Origin: Diplonema japonicum
Taxonomy: Eukaryota; Protista; Euglenozoa: Diplonemea
Assembly: GCA_964019335.1 (NCBI GenBank)
Contig: OZ025652.1
Coordinates: forward strand, 496,001-560,000
DNA: 64,000 nucleotides
Reading direction: 5' to 3'
Part shown: in pieces, positions 20,909 through 31,514 of the stretch
Layout of the letters: each line of letters opens with the position of its first letter
Numbering within the stretch: position 1 is the first letter of the stretch
Program-made: the position numbers and the translations under genes
The notes under the pieces: generated by a model
Databases searched by the model: none
What the model was told of the DNA's origin: nothing
The model's input: only the letters and a program-made list of their open reading frames with translations

Positions 20909-21746
20909 TTCTTTTCTTCTTCTTTTTCCCCTTTCAGAAAACAGTGTGTGTGTGTTGTGTGGGGGAAAACAAATAATTTTGAAATATCAAACTAGAAGTT
21001 TCAAACGTGTCACCCATGCATGTCACCTGCAAGTGACACTCATGGGATTCCAAAGAGCTGACCTACCGTCTCCACCTATGCACCATCGTCAAAAAAGACA
21101 TAAACGCGTACAACGGAACGAGACCAGCACCAGGATGTGTGATGCAGGGTTAGAGGGGTTGCTTTCCTGAATGAAACCAGGGAGAGCTTTCAATAGCGGT
21201 TTTCATAACTTAGGTACCTGTGGGTGATCGGATCACAGGCTTTGTCTTGTAAAGGAGTTGCTTTTCTTCTTTTATTGCGTTTGTGCCTGGGTCGGTGTTT
21301 TCTAGAACGGTCACGCGGCCCATGCCGGCGAGCCCTCGGACGCCTTTCTCAGTGCGGACCATCACGCCCTTGCACTCGTTCTTCGTCGTGCTATACTCAG
21401 CACGATGCCCTTCGTTCGGAACGTTGCGTCACCATTCTCTCCTTTTACATAGTCCTTGGTTCAAAGTGTAATAGAGAGGCATGCATTTTTTTTTTTTTTT
21501 TTAATTTGCCCCTTTTCTTTGGAGGATTTGTTAAACGATGGTGAGAAAAAAAAAACTCCACAACAAAAAAAAAAAATAATAATAACAGTAATAAACTAAT
21601 GATGAGTTTTTTTTTTTTGTTTTGACCAATTTTGACGAAGTAAGAAGAGGGGAAAACAAACAAAAAAAAATAAATGATCCGGGAAAAAAAAAAAAAGGAA
21701 AAAAGAGGGCTAGATGATTTTTTTTTTTTTTTTCTTTTGATATTTC

Positions 21747-22114
21747 TTAACGCAAGGACAATGTGGCTTTTTGTTGTTTTGCGGTGGGGTCCAGGAATCG
21801 CTGGCGGATGGTTTCTGCTTTGTAAGCCTCCTTCATCCCCTTTTTCGCGGCACGCATTAGTTTCTGGTCTTCCTTTATTTGCTTCTTTCGCGCCCGCTTC
21901 TCATCCGCTGTTTCATGCTTGCACCTTTTCACAGTGGTATCGATGACAGTTATCATGCTTTCACCCACACTCCCTTCTTGTTCTTGACTGTCTGCCTCGC
22001 TGTCTACATCACTCTTGTTGGCTGTTTGATCGTCTTTTCTCAGGGTATCTAGTGCAGGTGCTTCACCCAGCGCGTTAAGGTTTTTGCTTGTCAATTTATC
22101 TTGCCTTATCTGCG

Positions 22115-22156
<42 letters not shown>

Positions 22157-22250
22157 AAAAATACCAAAACACCAGTCCGCGCGTTGATCTTTATTTTCCC
22201 TTTTTCAGCGGCGATAACGGTGGGGTGGTTCTGTGATTTTTTTTTCTTTG

Positions 22251-22282
<32 letters not shown>

Positions 22283-23151
22283 CTAAAGTCGACATGGTTG
22301 TCAGCACCGTTTGGCAGTCCCACTTCTCCTCGTGAGTGTCTTTGATGGTCACATATTCATATGTTTCTGTCTCGTCGTCGACTTCCTCCCCTCGTTCTAT
22401 CTTCGCTTGCTTCGCCGCCTCCTCCAGTTTTATTCTCTCCAACGCCACCATTCTCGCTTCATCCATCCCTGCCTCGTAGTCGTCCGCGAAATCCACGTCT
22501 TTTTTAGACGTTAGAACGGTAAGGAACTGCCCGCCGGCCTTTTCGTGGAAGACTTCTTCTCCTGTTGACTGCAGACTGTGTTGTCTTTTTTTTTTTTTTT
22601 TCACCATACTTTTTCATAAATTCTCCTTCGTGCTTGGTGTTAGGACCATCGACGAAGTGGCCTTCCTTGCGAGCAGCGACGAATTCCTGCAAAGCAGGGA
22701 CATATGCGTCGATTGGTAGCAGCCCTTCTGTGCGTGGGTCGTTTTCTTCAACTTCCATATCGTGTGCTTTGTACTCATTGTGCATCATGGCTTCAAATTC
22801 ATCGTCGACGTCTCTGCCGCCTGCTTCGTGCTTCGGGTAGTCATCGATCTCTTCTTCTTCCTCTTCTTCCCCTTCCATCATCTGTTTGATCCAGTCTTGG
22901 TCGAAATCCGCTTCGACTTCGTCTTCGAACAGCCCTGCCTCCACAGTGTCGTCTGGGTTGTGCATGTCGTACTGGTAAGTCATGTTTTCTTTCAAGATGT
23001 CTCCCTCGTACCCTTTTGTTCTTTTCGCCCCTGCTGCCACGTGCACCATTGTTGCCGCGGTCTTCTCATCTTCATAACTAGGGTCTTCGTGTGACTTGTG
23101 CACCAATTTGTACGTTGACGCCTTTTTCGGATCTATGAACTTTTTACCCAT
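21747..23151 (-). CDS. LTV1: LTV1 40S ribosome biogenesis factor, ~421 aa, 3 introns
   Basis: N-terminus KKFIDPKKASTYKLVHKSHEDP. WDCQTVLTTMSTLENHP is restored by splicing. Exons are 23151-22610, 22575-22281, 22230-22165 and 22109-21747. Confidence 0.9.
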
Positions 23152-23234
23152 TTTTTGTGTGGTGTGTATTCAATTCCTTGTTGGGGTGGGGGGGTTTTGG
23201 GTGGGAAAAAAAAAAAAAAAAAAAAAAATAGTGG

Positions 23235-24185
23235 TCACAAAGCATCCGCCCCAATGGGTATCGTATTCAGCACCTCGTCCGGGACGTCGGGCGGGTCCTT
23301 GCAGTCCGGGTTTTTTCGGAACGCCAGGCAGATTATCTTCTTCCGTATGTCCTGCGCGATTCTCGTGAAACCCAAAGCGGCAGCTGCTTTGTTCCAGTGG
23401 TTCAGCCATTCGAGGTTCTTCTTCCCAACAGTACGCGGGGTGATCACAAGCAGAACACCGTTCTGCCGCAGCGCTCGGAACGCGTTTTGAAAGCATCTAA
23501 AGCGCATCACAGGACACGGCATGTACGAGAGCAGCAAACTGAACACAACTACATCAAATCCTTGGTAAGGCAAGCTTGTAACAGTAAGCGGCGGGGACTG
23601 CTTCAAGGTGTCTGAAAAGACAACGTTAGTGAAATCGCACGTTAGCACTGATGAGTCTTTAGCAGGGCAGAGGTCGAGTGCTGTGACATCAAAATTGTGC
23701 TCTGCGCTATGGAGTGCGAATGGGTTGTAGCAGGACCCAACATCTAGAAGCCTCAATGGTGTGTCATCGGGGATGCCCCACTGTTCTGCGAGCTTCTCTT
23801 TAAGAGCACTTTCTTTGTCCTTTGGTAACGGTTCGTTGTGCTCGTCGAAATATTTCCGTTTCTCTGGTTTCAAAAGTTGCAGTACTAACCCACTGGAAGT
23901 GTCTTCGACTCTCGCCTTCTTCGCACCTGTTGCGTTTGTTCCCTTGAAGTACTTCAATGCAAACTCCACTCCCCATTTCACCCTCTCTGGCACCTCGTCT
24001 CCCTCCTTCCACGTCTCCCCAAGGTCCTTCATTGCAGCCGCGTATTTCTCCAACCCTTCACCGTTTTTCTTGTTCTCTTCCCACACTTCACTCAGGGTTT
24101 TGCCCTCCCGCACTCTCTTCCTCATCTCTGCATGGTGGCCCTTGATCACGTCCCTCTCCAACGGCTCTTTTTCCGGTTCCGTCAT
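23235..24185 (-). CDS. SAMTOR: SAMTOR/BMT2-type SAM-binding methyltransferase-fold protein
   Basis: LRLLDVGSCYNPF, CDF, FDVVVFSLLLSYMP.P..R and NGVLLVITP. The N-terminal helical part YAAAMKDL...W...RVKW......YF resembles animal SAMTOR (C7orf60). Confidence 0.8.
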   Translation of the reverse strand: MTEPEKEPLERDVIKGHHAEMRKRVREGKTLSEVWEENKKNGEGLEKYAAAMKDLGETWKEGDEVPERVKWGVEFALKYFKGTNATGAKKARVEDTSSGLVLQLLKPEKRKYFDEHNEPLPKDKESALKEKLAEQWGIPDDTPLRLLDVGSCYNPFALHSAEHNFDVTALDLCPAKDSSVLTCDFTNVVFSDTLKQSPPLTVTSLPYQGFDVVVFSLLLSYMPCPVMRFRCFQNAFRALRQNGVLLVITPRTVGKKNLEWLNHWNKAAAALGFTRIAQDIRKKIICLAFRKNPDCKDPPDVPDEVLNTIPIGADAL

Positions 24186-24345
24186 CGGCTCTGTGTGTGC
24201 TTTCTAGTCATCGCAGAAAGAGGAAAGAAAGAAAGACTTAGCACGGATCAGGCTAATCTAATAAAAAGAGAAGAAAAGGAGAAAAACACATAACTATGTT
24301 TAGATCTAGAAGTGGGGTAAAAAAAAAAAAGAAGAAGGGGATAAC

Positions 24346-24384
<39 letters not shown>

Positions 24385-24479
24385 GGGGGGACTGAGGTTA
24401 AGGGAAAAGATCGTTCTAAGGATTAAGGGCAGGGGGGGGAGGGAGGGGGAGAAAAAATAAAGGAAACTCTATCTATCCC

Positions 24480-27400
24480 TCATGCAACCAACTGTGTAAC
24501 ATCCCACTTGACGAGCTCGAAGTCATGCCGGCTCCCACTTACAGAGAAGAAGCACCTCCCTGTGGGATCGAAGGCGGCAGCGGTGATGGGAGTGATGTGG
24601 CCATCGATTTCTTGGATAGTGTGGTACTCGTAATCGCAGAGCGTGAGACGAGAGGTGGAGGGCCCCCAGAGGGCGACATACACCTTGTCAGGGGAGAGGA
24701 GGAAGGACGTGTACGAAGAAGGGAGGTGGATTGTGTTGATGACGGAGAGGCTATCGTAGTCGAAAATGATGAGCTGGTCGGATTGAAGGAACACAACCGC
24801 ATCGCCGTCGCTGGTTAGCTGCGCATCAGGAGAAAACTCTCGAGGGGTGAAGGATGCCACCACCGAGAACTCAACGTCCTCCCCTCGCTCCAACACTGTT
24901 AACGTCCCTTTCTGCACCGACTTGTGTAGGATCTTTTCTCCGGCGTGCTGTGCCACCCTCAAGACTGAGGGCCCATCCTCACCTGGCTCAACGATAACCA
25001 AAGCGTTGTCCCTCTCCATGACATTCAGGAAGTACACCCCCCCGTTCACGTCCCCTACGATCAGCTCGTCTTCCATGCCCCACACCATGTCGCTCACAGA
25101 GTTCTCCGACAGTTTGAACCTGTGCCGCTCCTTGAGTTTCTTTGTCCCGTCTGTGCACATAATACTGATACATCCATCGGCCTCACCTGTCACCACTTCC
25201 AGAGTCTCGTGGATTGCAAGCGCCTTAACCTCACTCCTCGTCACTCCGCTTGCGATGTACGCCCCGCTGACATGCCACAACCCTACCACTGTATTCGATG
25301 CGACTGCTACGAAGTTGGCCCCGCAGTAAAGGTACTTAGGGTCTGTGTCGAAGGTGGGCAGCTCTTTGTAAAGCATTCCCTCGTCGCCGACGAGGCTCCA
25401 CACAGAGCCCTCCCCGGTAGTCACGAGGCACTGCTTTGGCGTGCTTTGCAGCAGGCAAGGTGTGCACCGTGGGACACCGCTCCCCACGTTGACCCTACCG
25501 ATCACAGTGAGGTTTATTCCCTCTTCGTTGCGGCTGACGCACATCAGCGTGACGCAAGGGTGTCCATGAGAGCCAGTGGCATACAAGGTCTTGCCAGTGA
25601 AGCACAGCCCCGTGACGGGACCTCTACCTTCGTTCAGCAGGTATTTGTACTTCAGAAGTGGTTTGTGTGTTGGGTCGATAATCCAACACATCAGCCACCC
25701 ATCGCACCCGCCTGTCCACACTGAGTTCTCGCCTACCTCATTCACGCAGCATTGCAGACCCACAACAAGAGTCGAGAACCACATGTTCCCCCTCGCAAAG
25801 CACGAAGTAATGGTCTTTTGCGACACCATCACAAACCCGTCAGGAACAGGAACAGCTTCTGTAACACCACTTATGTCTTTCTTTACCACGACACCAATAG
25901 TCATGCCAGTGACAAAGACGGCATTTTGCCCCACCACAAGCAGCGTGTCGTCACTACCCCAGGCAAGGGATTGTATGTATGCTGTTTCCACTGTCTTAGA
26001 CCCCAGACACAGGTAGGTGCCACCCGCCAGGTCCCAGAAGGCCACAGTAGCCGGTGCATCTGTGTAGTGCAGTGCTACAGCTATCGTTGACTTATCAGTG
26101 TTTGTAGTGATGGTAGTTATGTAGCCGGTGTTCAAGAGAAGCTTCACACTATGTGACTCAGCTTCTTCTATAGCTAGAATCCCGCCACTAGCTACACCGA
26201 TGCCGTTCTGCAGAGAAACAACCGAACTGGGCGCTGATGTGTTGCACCCCAATGAGTTGAGCGGAGTCATGCCGCTGCATAGCTCGTCCGGTGTGTAAGG
26301 GGAAGGGGTGAGCTCAAACACCCTTACCTGTTCAGATGGAAACATTTTCGTTCCCTGATGCATAGTACCGGTAGGTTCCGCAGTTGAGATGTTGATGGTC
26401 AATGACGAGGGGTCGGCGAGGGGCCGAGGGATGTAAGGCGACTGGGGCGAACGCGAGGGAGACCGGAGCAAGTTTCTTCGGGGAGTGGGGGCTACCATCG
26501 AATGAATTTTGTTGGGATCAGCTAAAAACTCCCAAAAGGCAATGGCACCGTTTGCGTCTGCTGTCAGGAGTTGTGTGGAGTCCGGTGACCACGCCGCGGC
26601 GAGGAACTTACTTGAGTGCGCAGGGTACCTGACCACTTTGTGCGTTGTGGGTATCGGGTGCGGCGACACTGCAACACTTGAGGAACTGGAGCCGCATGCA
26701 TTGCATGCCACCCAATTCCCCGCACCTGACATGGCCAAGAGACCGCCACACTTCCCCCCACCGCTCCTCCCTAGCCTCTCCACGCGTATTGCGGGAGACG
26801 GCACACCAAAATCCAGTTCTTCTGGTGCGGGTGGTTGTGGCAGTGGTTCAGGCAACTTCCATTGCACCACATACCCTTCGGACGTGGCAGCGGCCAGGGT
26901 CCCACCTGCCCCGAATGCAATATCCGTGATGCAGCCGGCAGAACCCGCGTCGGGATCAAAGTCCTGCACCACCCCAATTTCGTAGCCGTACTCAGCTTCG
27001 AACAGGCTGATGGTACTCCCGTTAGGGCCAATGGTCGCAAGATGCAAACCGTCCATCGACTCTGCGAGAGCTACCTCCTTGCAGGGATAGAGGAAACGAG
27101 AGATGCGGGAGATGTGGTAGCCGTGGCGGGCATCAGCAAAGCAGATTTGGTACATGTCCACAGAGGCAAGCCATTTACGGTTTTTGGTGTACTTGATCTG
27201 CTTAACATCCGACGTGTGGGACGTGTGGGAGGCGAGAAGGCAGCGGTGGTCCGCATCGAACAACCGCACGACACCCTTCGTGAACCCAACAGCAAGCACC
27301 GCAGTGTTCGGGTCTGGCAGCCAATCAACGCACAACGGTGTGATGTCATTTGCGCTTGACCGAGCACGGGGCTTGCTGGTGCTCTCCTCTAGCGTGGTGT

Positions 27401-29342
27401 CCATGAGGGGGAGGGTTTGCGACGTTGCATGCGAATCAAGAGGCTGCAGTCCTGAAGCAGGGTAGGACTTTTGGTTCAACATTTTGCAGTCATATTTCGC
27501 AATGCACTGAGTGGTCTCTGTGTTCCACACCCTTATGGTGTTGTCAGTCGACACAGAGACGACCATCGGTCTGGAGCCGTGGAACTTCAGCATCGTGACT
27601 GGTTGGTTGTGGCAGTGCTGCAGAGTGAACAGATTCTTGGTGGGGAAGTCAAGGATGGCGACGGATGCTGAGGCGGTCAGGGCAGCCACCATCATGCCGT
27701 CACGCGAGACATCGATGAAAGGCACGTGTTCTTCAAGACGTGTCTCAATGGTGAAGGACGAGAAGTCGAGGGGCCACAGGCGCATGTAGCCATCTTTGCC
27801 TGATGTTGCGCAAATTCCTCCGCACGGTGACACGCAGGTCACAGGGCCGTCGTGCACACGGCACACCTGGACAGTGGTCATGGCGTTGTAGTCAATGACG
27901 TGCATGTAGCCCTCAGCAGTGCCCGCATACAGGTTCAGCATGCCGTGTGGGAGGGCTCGGTGCGTTGGCTCGAATGCTGCATATGTGTAGCGATGATGCC
28001 GCACTTTGTCCGTCACGCAGCGCGACCTCAGCGTGTTGTTGTGCACACGCCAGAACCGAAGGGTGCTGCTCCCATCACATGTCACGAACTTCGCAGCATC
28101 CTGTGGGACGAACACAGCCTGCGATGCGTCAGCTTCAGTAGCCTGCTTTACCACAACGCTAGGTGAGCCTTGCACACCTATATCTAGCAACACAAACATT
28201 GCCCTCTTCTTATCATTCTTCCCAAGCACTAAGCACGTGTTCATCGTGTCGCTGATGCACCCCGTCACCACCTCGGTTACGCCCTGTTCCTTCAAGCTAA
28301 CAGTGCAAAAAAGGTTTTTAGAAACAATGTCCCACAACCGAAGCACAGGGGGCGTGTTCTGCAAGGAGCCGAGGGTCCTCTTGTTGAAGTCAGAGAATAT
28401 GTTGGTAACATCCCTCGTGTGTCCTGTGAAATAGGTCTGCAAGCGTGTCTTGGTGTCCGTTTCGATGATCGTGTGCCCTGCGGCCCACATGACTTTTTCC
28501 CCCCTTCCGAAGAGGATCTGCCGTACTGACGCGTGGAGGAGGTACGACAGCTTCAACAAAGGGCGATCGTCTTCCTGCGACAGTAAGGATACGTTGGTGG
28601 GTGTGCTGACAGATGCAGCGGCTTGCGAAGGGCCTCGTTTGCTGCCGGGTGTCGAGATGTAGGAGCGTGCGCGGCTTTGCTGGTGCATGGGCTTAGGTGC
28701 CAATGGGGCAGGATCGTCGTGATCAGGGGGATTAATCCAGTACCAGTCGTATTGATCGGACCAGGCCCTTCCCTCGCATGGAAAGGCAGCTTCGTAGGGT
28801 AGCGTCTCTGGGGTGTAGATAAGCCCTGACGTCAAGATGGTTCGTACGGAGAGAGAAGAGCAAACTTGAATGGACTTCAAGTGTTTGAAGAGCTGGTTGG
28901 GGTAGTGGATGGCAAAGAGCATCTCAAGGTCAGTAGCAATCACACTCCACCTCCCTATCTCTGGTAGTGGGACTTTGAACTGTGTGCTGCCTGTTTTGAT
29001 CTCCTTGAAAGTATTTGAAAAGCTGATCCTTACTGCAGGTCCGCTGCTTGTCGCCACCTCCAAGTGGATCACATTGTGCTTTGCGGGGTTGCCCCTCAGC
29101 AGCATGTACACAAACCTGCCGGTCAGCATCAGAGACTCTCCATCCTTCGGGAACATTATACTGTTGTTGAAAGGGATGTCGCCCTTCAAGTTCCACACCC
29201 TTCTGTGCAGGCTGGGATCCGTCACTTGAGAGGCATCCCCTCGGACGGTAAGCTTCCTTGTCACATCGAAAGTTGGCAGTTTGAAGACATTGACAAATGG
29301 GTACTGTTCTAACGGTGCTATGCTGCTACGCAGCCTTCCCAT
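24480..29342 (-). CDS. WDR90: WD repeat protein 90 (POC16): CFA20/DUF667 domain plus WD40 propellers
   Basis: 1620-aa intronless ORF. N-terminus QYPFVNVFK...LMLTGRFVY...RISFSN...LKSIQVCSSLSVR, followed by many WD repeats (SGKDGYMRLWPLDFS). Confidence 0.85.
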   Translation of the reverse strand: MGRLRSSIAPLEQYPFVNVFKLPTFDVTRKLTVRGDASQVTDPSLHRRVWNLKGDIPFNNSIMFPKDGESLMLTGRFVYMLLRGNPAKHNVIHLEVATSSGPAVRISFSNTFKEIKTGSTQFKVPLPEIGRWSVIATDLEMLFAIHYPNQLFKHLKSIQVCSSLSVRTILTSGLIYTPETLPYEAAFPCEGRAWSDQYDWYWINPPDHDDPAPLAPKPMHQQSRARSYISTPGSKRGPSQAAASVSTPTNVSLLSQEDDRPLLKLSYLLHASVRQILFGRGEKVMWAAGHTIIETDTKTRLQTYFTGHTRDVTNIFSDFNKRTLGSLQNTPPVLRLWDIVSKNLFCTVSLKEQGVTEVVTGCISDTMNTCLVLGKNDKKRAMFVLLDIGVQGSPSVVVKQATEADASQAVFVPQDAAKFVTCDGSSTLRFWRVHNNTLRSRCVTDKVRHHRYTYAAFEPTHRALPHGMLNLYAGTAEGYMHVIDYNAMTTVQVCRVHDGPVTCVSPCGGICATSGKDGYMRLWPLDFSSFTIETRLEEHVPFIDVSRDGMMVAALTASASVAILDFPTKNLFTLQHCHNQPVTMLKFHGSRPMVVSVSTDNTIRVWNTETTQCIAKYDCKMLNQKSYPASGLQPLDSHATSQTLPLMDTTLEESTSKPRARSSANDITPLCVDWLPDPNTAVLAVGFTKGVVRLFDADHRCLLASHTSHTSDVKQIKYTKNRKWLASVDMYQICFADARHGYHISRISRFLYPCKEVALAESMDGLHLATIGPNGSTISLFEAEYGYEIGVVQDFDPDAGSAGCITDIAFGAGGTLAAATSEGYVVQWKLPEPLPQPPAPEELDFGVPSPAIRVERLGRSGGGKCGGLLAMSGAGNWVACNACGSSSSSVAVSPHPIPTTHKVVRYPAHSSKFLAAAWSPDSTQLLTADANGAIAFWEFLADPNKIHSMVAPTPRRNLLRSPSRSPQSPYIPRPLADPSSLTINISTAEPTGTMHQGTKMFPSEQVRVFELTPSPYTPDELCSGMTPLNSLGCNTSAPSSVVSLQNGIGVASGGILAIEEAESHSVKLLLNTGYITTITTNTDKSTIAVALHYTDAPATVAFWDLAGGTYLCLGSKTVETAYIQSLAWGSDDTLLVVGQNAVFVTGMTIGVVVKKDISGVTEAVPVPDGFVMVSQKTITSCFARGNMWFSTLVVGLQCCVNEVGENSVWTGGCDGWLMCWIIDPTHKPLLKYKYLLNEGRGPVTGLCFTGKTLYATGSHGHPCVTLMCVSRNEEGINLTVIGRVNVGSGVPRCTPCLLQSTPKQCLVTTGEGSVWSLVGDEGMLYKELPTFDTDPKYLYCGANFVAVASNTVVGLWHVSGAYIASGVTRSEVKALAIHETLEVVTGEADGCISIMCTDGTKKLKERHRFKLSENSVSDMVWGMEDELIVGDVNGGVYFLNVMERDNALVIVEPGEDGPSVLRVAQHAGEKILHKSVQKGTLTVLERGEDVEFSVVASFTPREFSPDAQLTSDGDAVVFLQSDQLIIFDYDSLSVINTIHLPSSYTSFLLSPDKVYVALWGPSTSRLTLCDYEYHTIQEIDGHITPITAAAFDPTGRCFFSVSGSRHDFELVKWDVTQLVA

Positions 29343-29475
29343 CCCCGCCTGTGATACGATGCATATACAGATGAACCATTAGAAAAAAGAAGACAAAAGA
29401 AATAATAATCTATAATTTTTTTCTATGGAGTTACACGGAACAAAAAAAAGAAGAAACAAGGGTAACAAAAGGGTT

Positions 29476-30768
29476 TTACAACAACGACTGCTTTCTTGCG
29501 ATTTCCTTCGGCATAACGATCGGTGTCTGAGGTCCTTGTTGAGACAGCACAGGGGATCTCCCCCTGCCTTCCGTGGTCAGGATAGTAGGCGGAATGTGAG
29601 CCGGTTGTGGGGGTGGGGCGGGGAAATTCTCCTTGAAGATATAGTGGCCTTCCTCTGTGACACCCATAACGTCCCATCCACCACCCCTGTTGTTCCACGG
29701 TACTGCTGCAACAGGTTGCGAAGCTAATGTCTTGTTGTGTTGGAGGACTGGCATGGGGCCTGCAGGGGAAACCTTGGGGACCCTGTGTGTGTCTTCCACC
29801 GGCCAAGGTTTTCTTGGGTTTGGTGCTTGGAACGCCTGGAGCTGTGTCACTTGCTTTAATTCGTTAAATGCCACCTGCAGCTTCTGCCGCGATCGTTTCT
29901 CCTCTTTGTACGTCTCGATGTAAAGTTCAATGTACCTCATCTGCAGCTCGGCGGTGCGTGTCTCAAGCTCACGCTCGCGAAGCTTAGCTTGCAGGGATTT
30001 GATGAAAAGATCTTCCTGTGCATCTGCGGTTGGGTCCGGCAGGACGGGGTACCTCTCCATCATGTTGAGGTTGGACGGGATGTTGTACGGCAGGAGAGCG
30101 GCGACAGGGAAAAGCCACGACTCCCCGTCAGGGAAGGTCACATCGGCTGTTGTACATTGCGGCTTGGCAAAGACAACACGCCCGACTTTGTTGCCACCGC
30201 AGTACTTTGCCATGGCATCGTGCCAGGGGGCAGTACCGGTGAGACAGTGGCGCCGCACATCCGTCTCTGGTCGGACAAGGATATAACCCCCCACATTAAG
30301 TGCCACACCCAGGGAGTCTGCAGTACGCAGCTCATCAAGCTGCACATATGTCTGTGTGCCTTCTTCGCGTGAGACAGCTGTTTCACCATTTAGAAGCTTT
30401 CGCCGTTCGGCTTCGAACCGTGTGACGGGCTTCCTGTGAAGCTTCCCTGTGAGAGGGCAGAACGAGGCTTCATCTCTGTTCATCCCGCACAGATCACACA
30501 AATCGCCGCTGAGTATCTCCCCAACACTGCGGAGGGTGTTCGCGCTTGGCCCCTTTACACCAATGCCCTGTTCAAGTGCCGTGGGGGTTCCCATCCAGTC
30601 GTTCACAGCACCTGCGACCTCAATGTCCTCCACAAGAGATCTTTCCACACGTTCCATTCTCATGTGGACACCTTGCCTCACTCCGTGCAACCTTTTTCGC
30701 AGTTCTTCCTGCAACACCGCTCCTTCCTGCGGGACGCCCGGCCTAACGGATCCTGGTGTGACTGGCAT
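29476..30768 (-). CDS. Uncharacterised 430-aa protein with a Zn-ribbon-like CxxC...CPxTGKxH motif, an SH3/Mib-repeat-like segment and a coiled coil
   Basis: CDLCG...FCPLTGKLH; WHDAMAKYCG..VGRV...VTFPDGESWLFPVAAL; heptad-rich region. Confidence 0.65.
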   Translation of the reverse strand: MPVTPGSVRPGVPQEGAVLQEELRKRLHGVRQGVHMRMERVERSLVEDIEVAGAVNDWMGTPTALEQGIGVKGPSANTLRSVGEILSGDLCDLCGMNRDEASFCPLTGKLHRKPVTRFEAERRKLLNGETAVSREEGTQTYVQLDELRTADSLGVALNVGGYILVRPETDVRRHCLTGTAPWHDAMAKYCGGNKVGRVVFAKPQCTTADVTFPDGESWLFPVAALLPYNIPSNLNMMERYPVLPDPTADAQEDLFIKSLQAKLRERELETRTAELQMRYIELYIETYKEEKRSRQKLQVAFNELKQVTQLQAFQAPNPRKPWPVEDTHRVPKVSPAGPMPVLQHNKTLASQPVAAVPWNNRGGGWDVMGVTEEGHYIFKENFPAPPPQPAHIPPTILTTEGRGRSPVLSQQGPQTPIVMPKEIARKQSLL

Positions 30769-30861
30769 ATTTTATTTGGATCCGTTTTTTGTGGAGGTCT
30801 ACACTCCCACACCTCTGTTTTTAATTGTTGTTTTTGTTTCAGGGGCATCGTGAAGAGAGTC

Positions 30862-30896
<35 letters not shown>

Positions 30897-31062
30897 TGTG
30901 CAGAAAGAAAAAAAAATAATTCACCGTGATGGGCGGAGAAGTGTTAGCAACAGCCCATAATAAAAAAAAAGATTTAAAAAAAAAAAACTCACTTAGAAGG
31001 CATATAAAGTCAATAAAATTTAAATGTAAAATGTTGTTATGCATAATAGAGGGTGCTATCTC

Positions 31063-31095
<33 letters not shown>

Positions 31096-31446
31096 AGTTG
31101 TCTCGTTCACGAAAGGGTATGCCAGCAAAAAAGAAGATGTACACGGCAGTAAGAACAAAACCATGGGGAAGGGGAAATAGAAAATGGAGGATCATGTGGC
31201 TGCGAGAGAAGGTCACCTTTGTTTGCATAAATAAATAGCTTCCTTTTTTGTTGTTCTTAGAAATTGGAATCAAAATCAAAAAAAAAAAAAAAAAAAAGCA
31301 AGGTGGTTTTCCAGAGGCCAGATAAAAACAAACAAAACAAAGATACTTTTTTTTTTTTTTTTTCGCGCCCTCATTTTTTATTCCGTACAGGAAAAAGAAA
31401 AAAAAAAAAAAAAAAGAAAGAAAAAAAAAAAAAAAAAATGCCTTCT

Positions 31447-31490
<44 letters not shown>

Positions 31491-31514
31491 CCCGTAACTG
31501 ATGAAAAAGAAATT

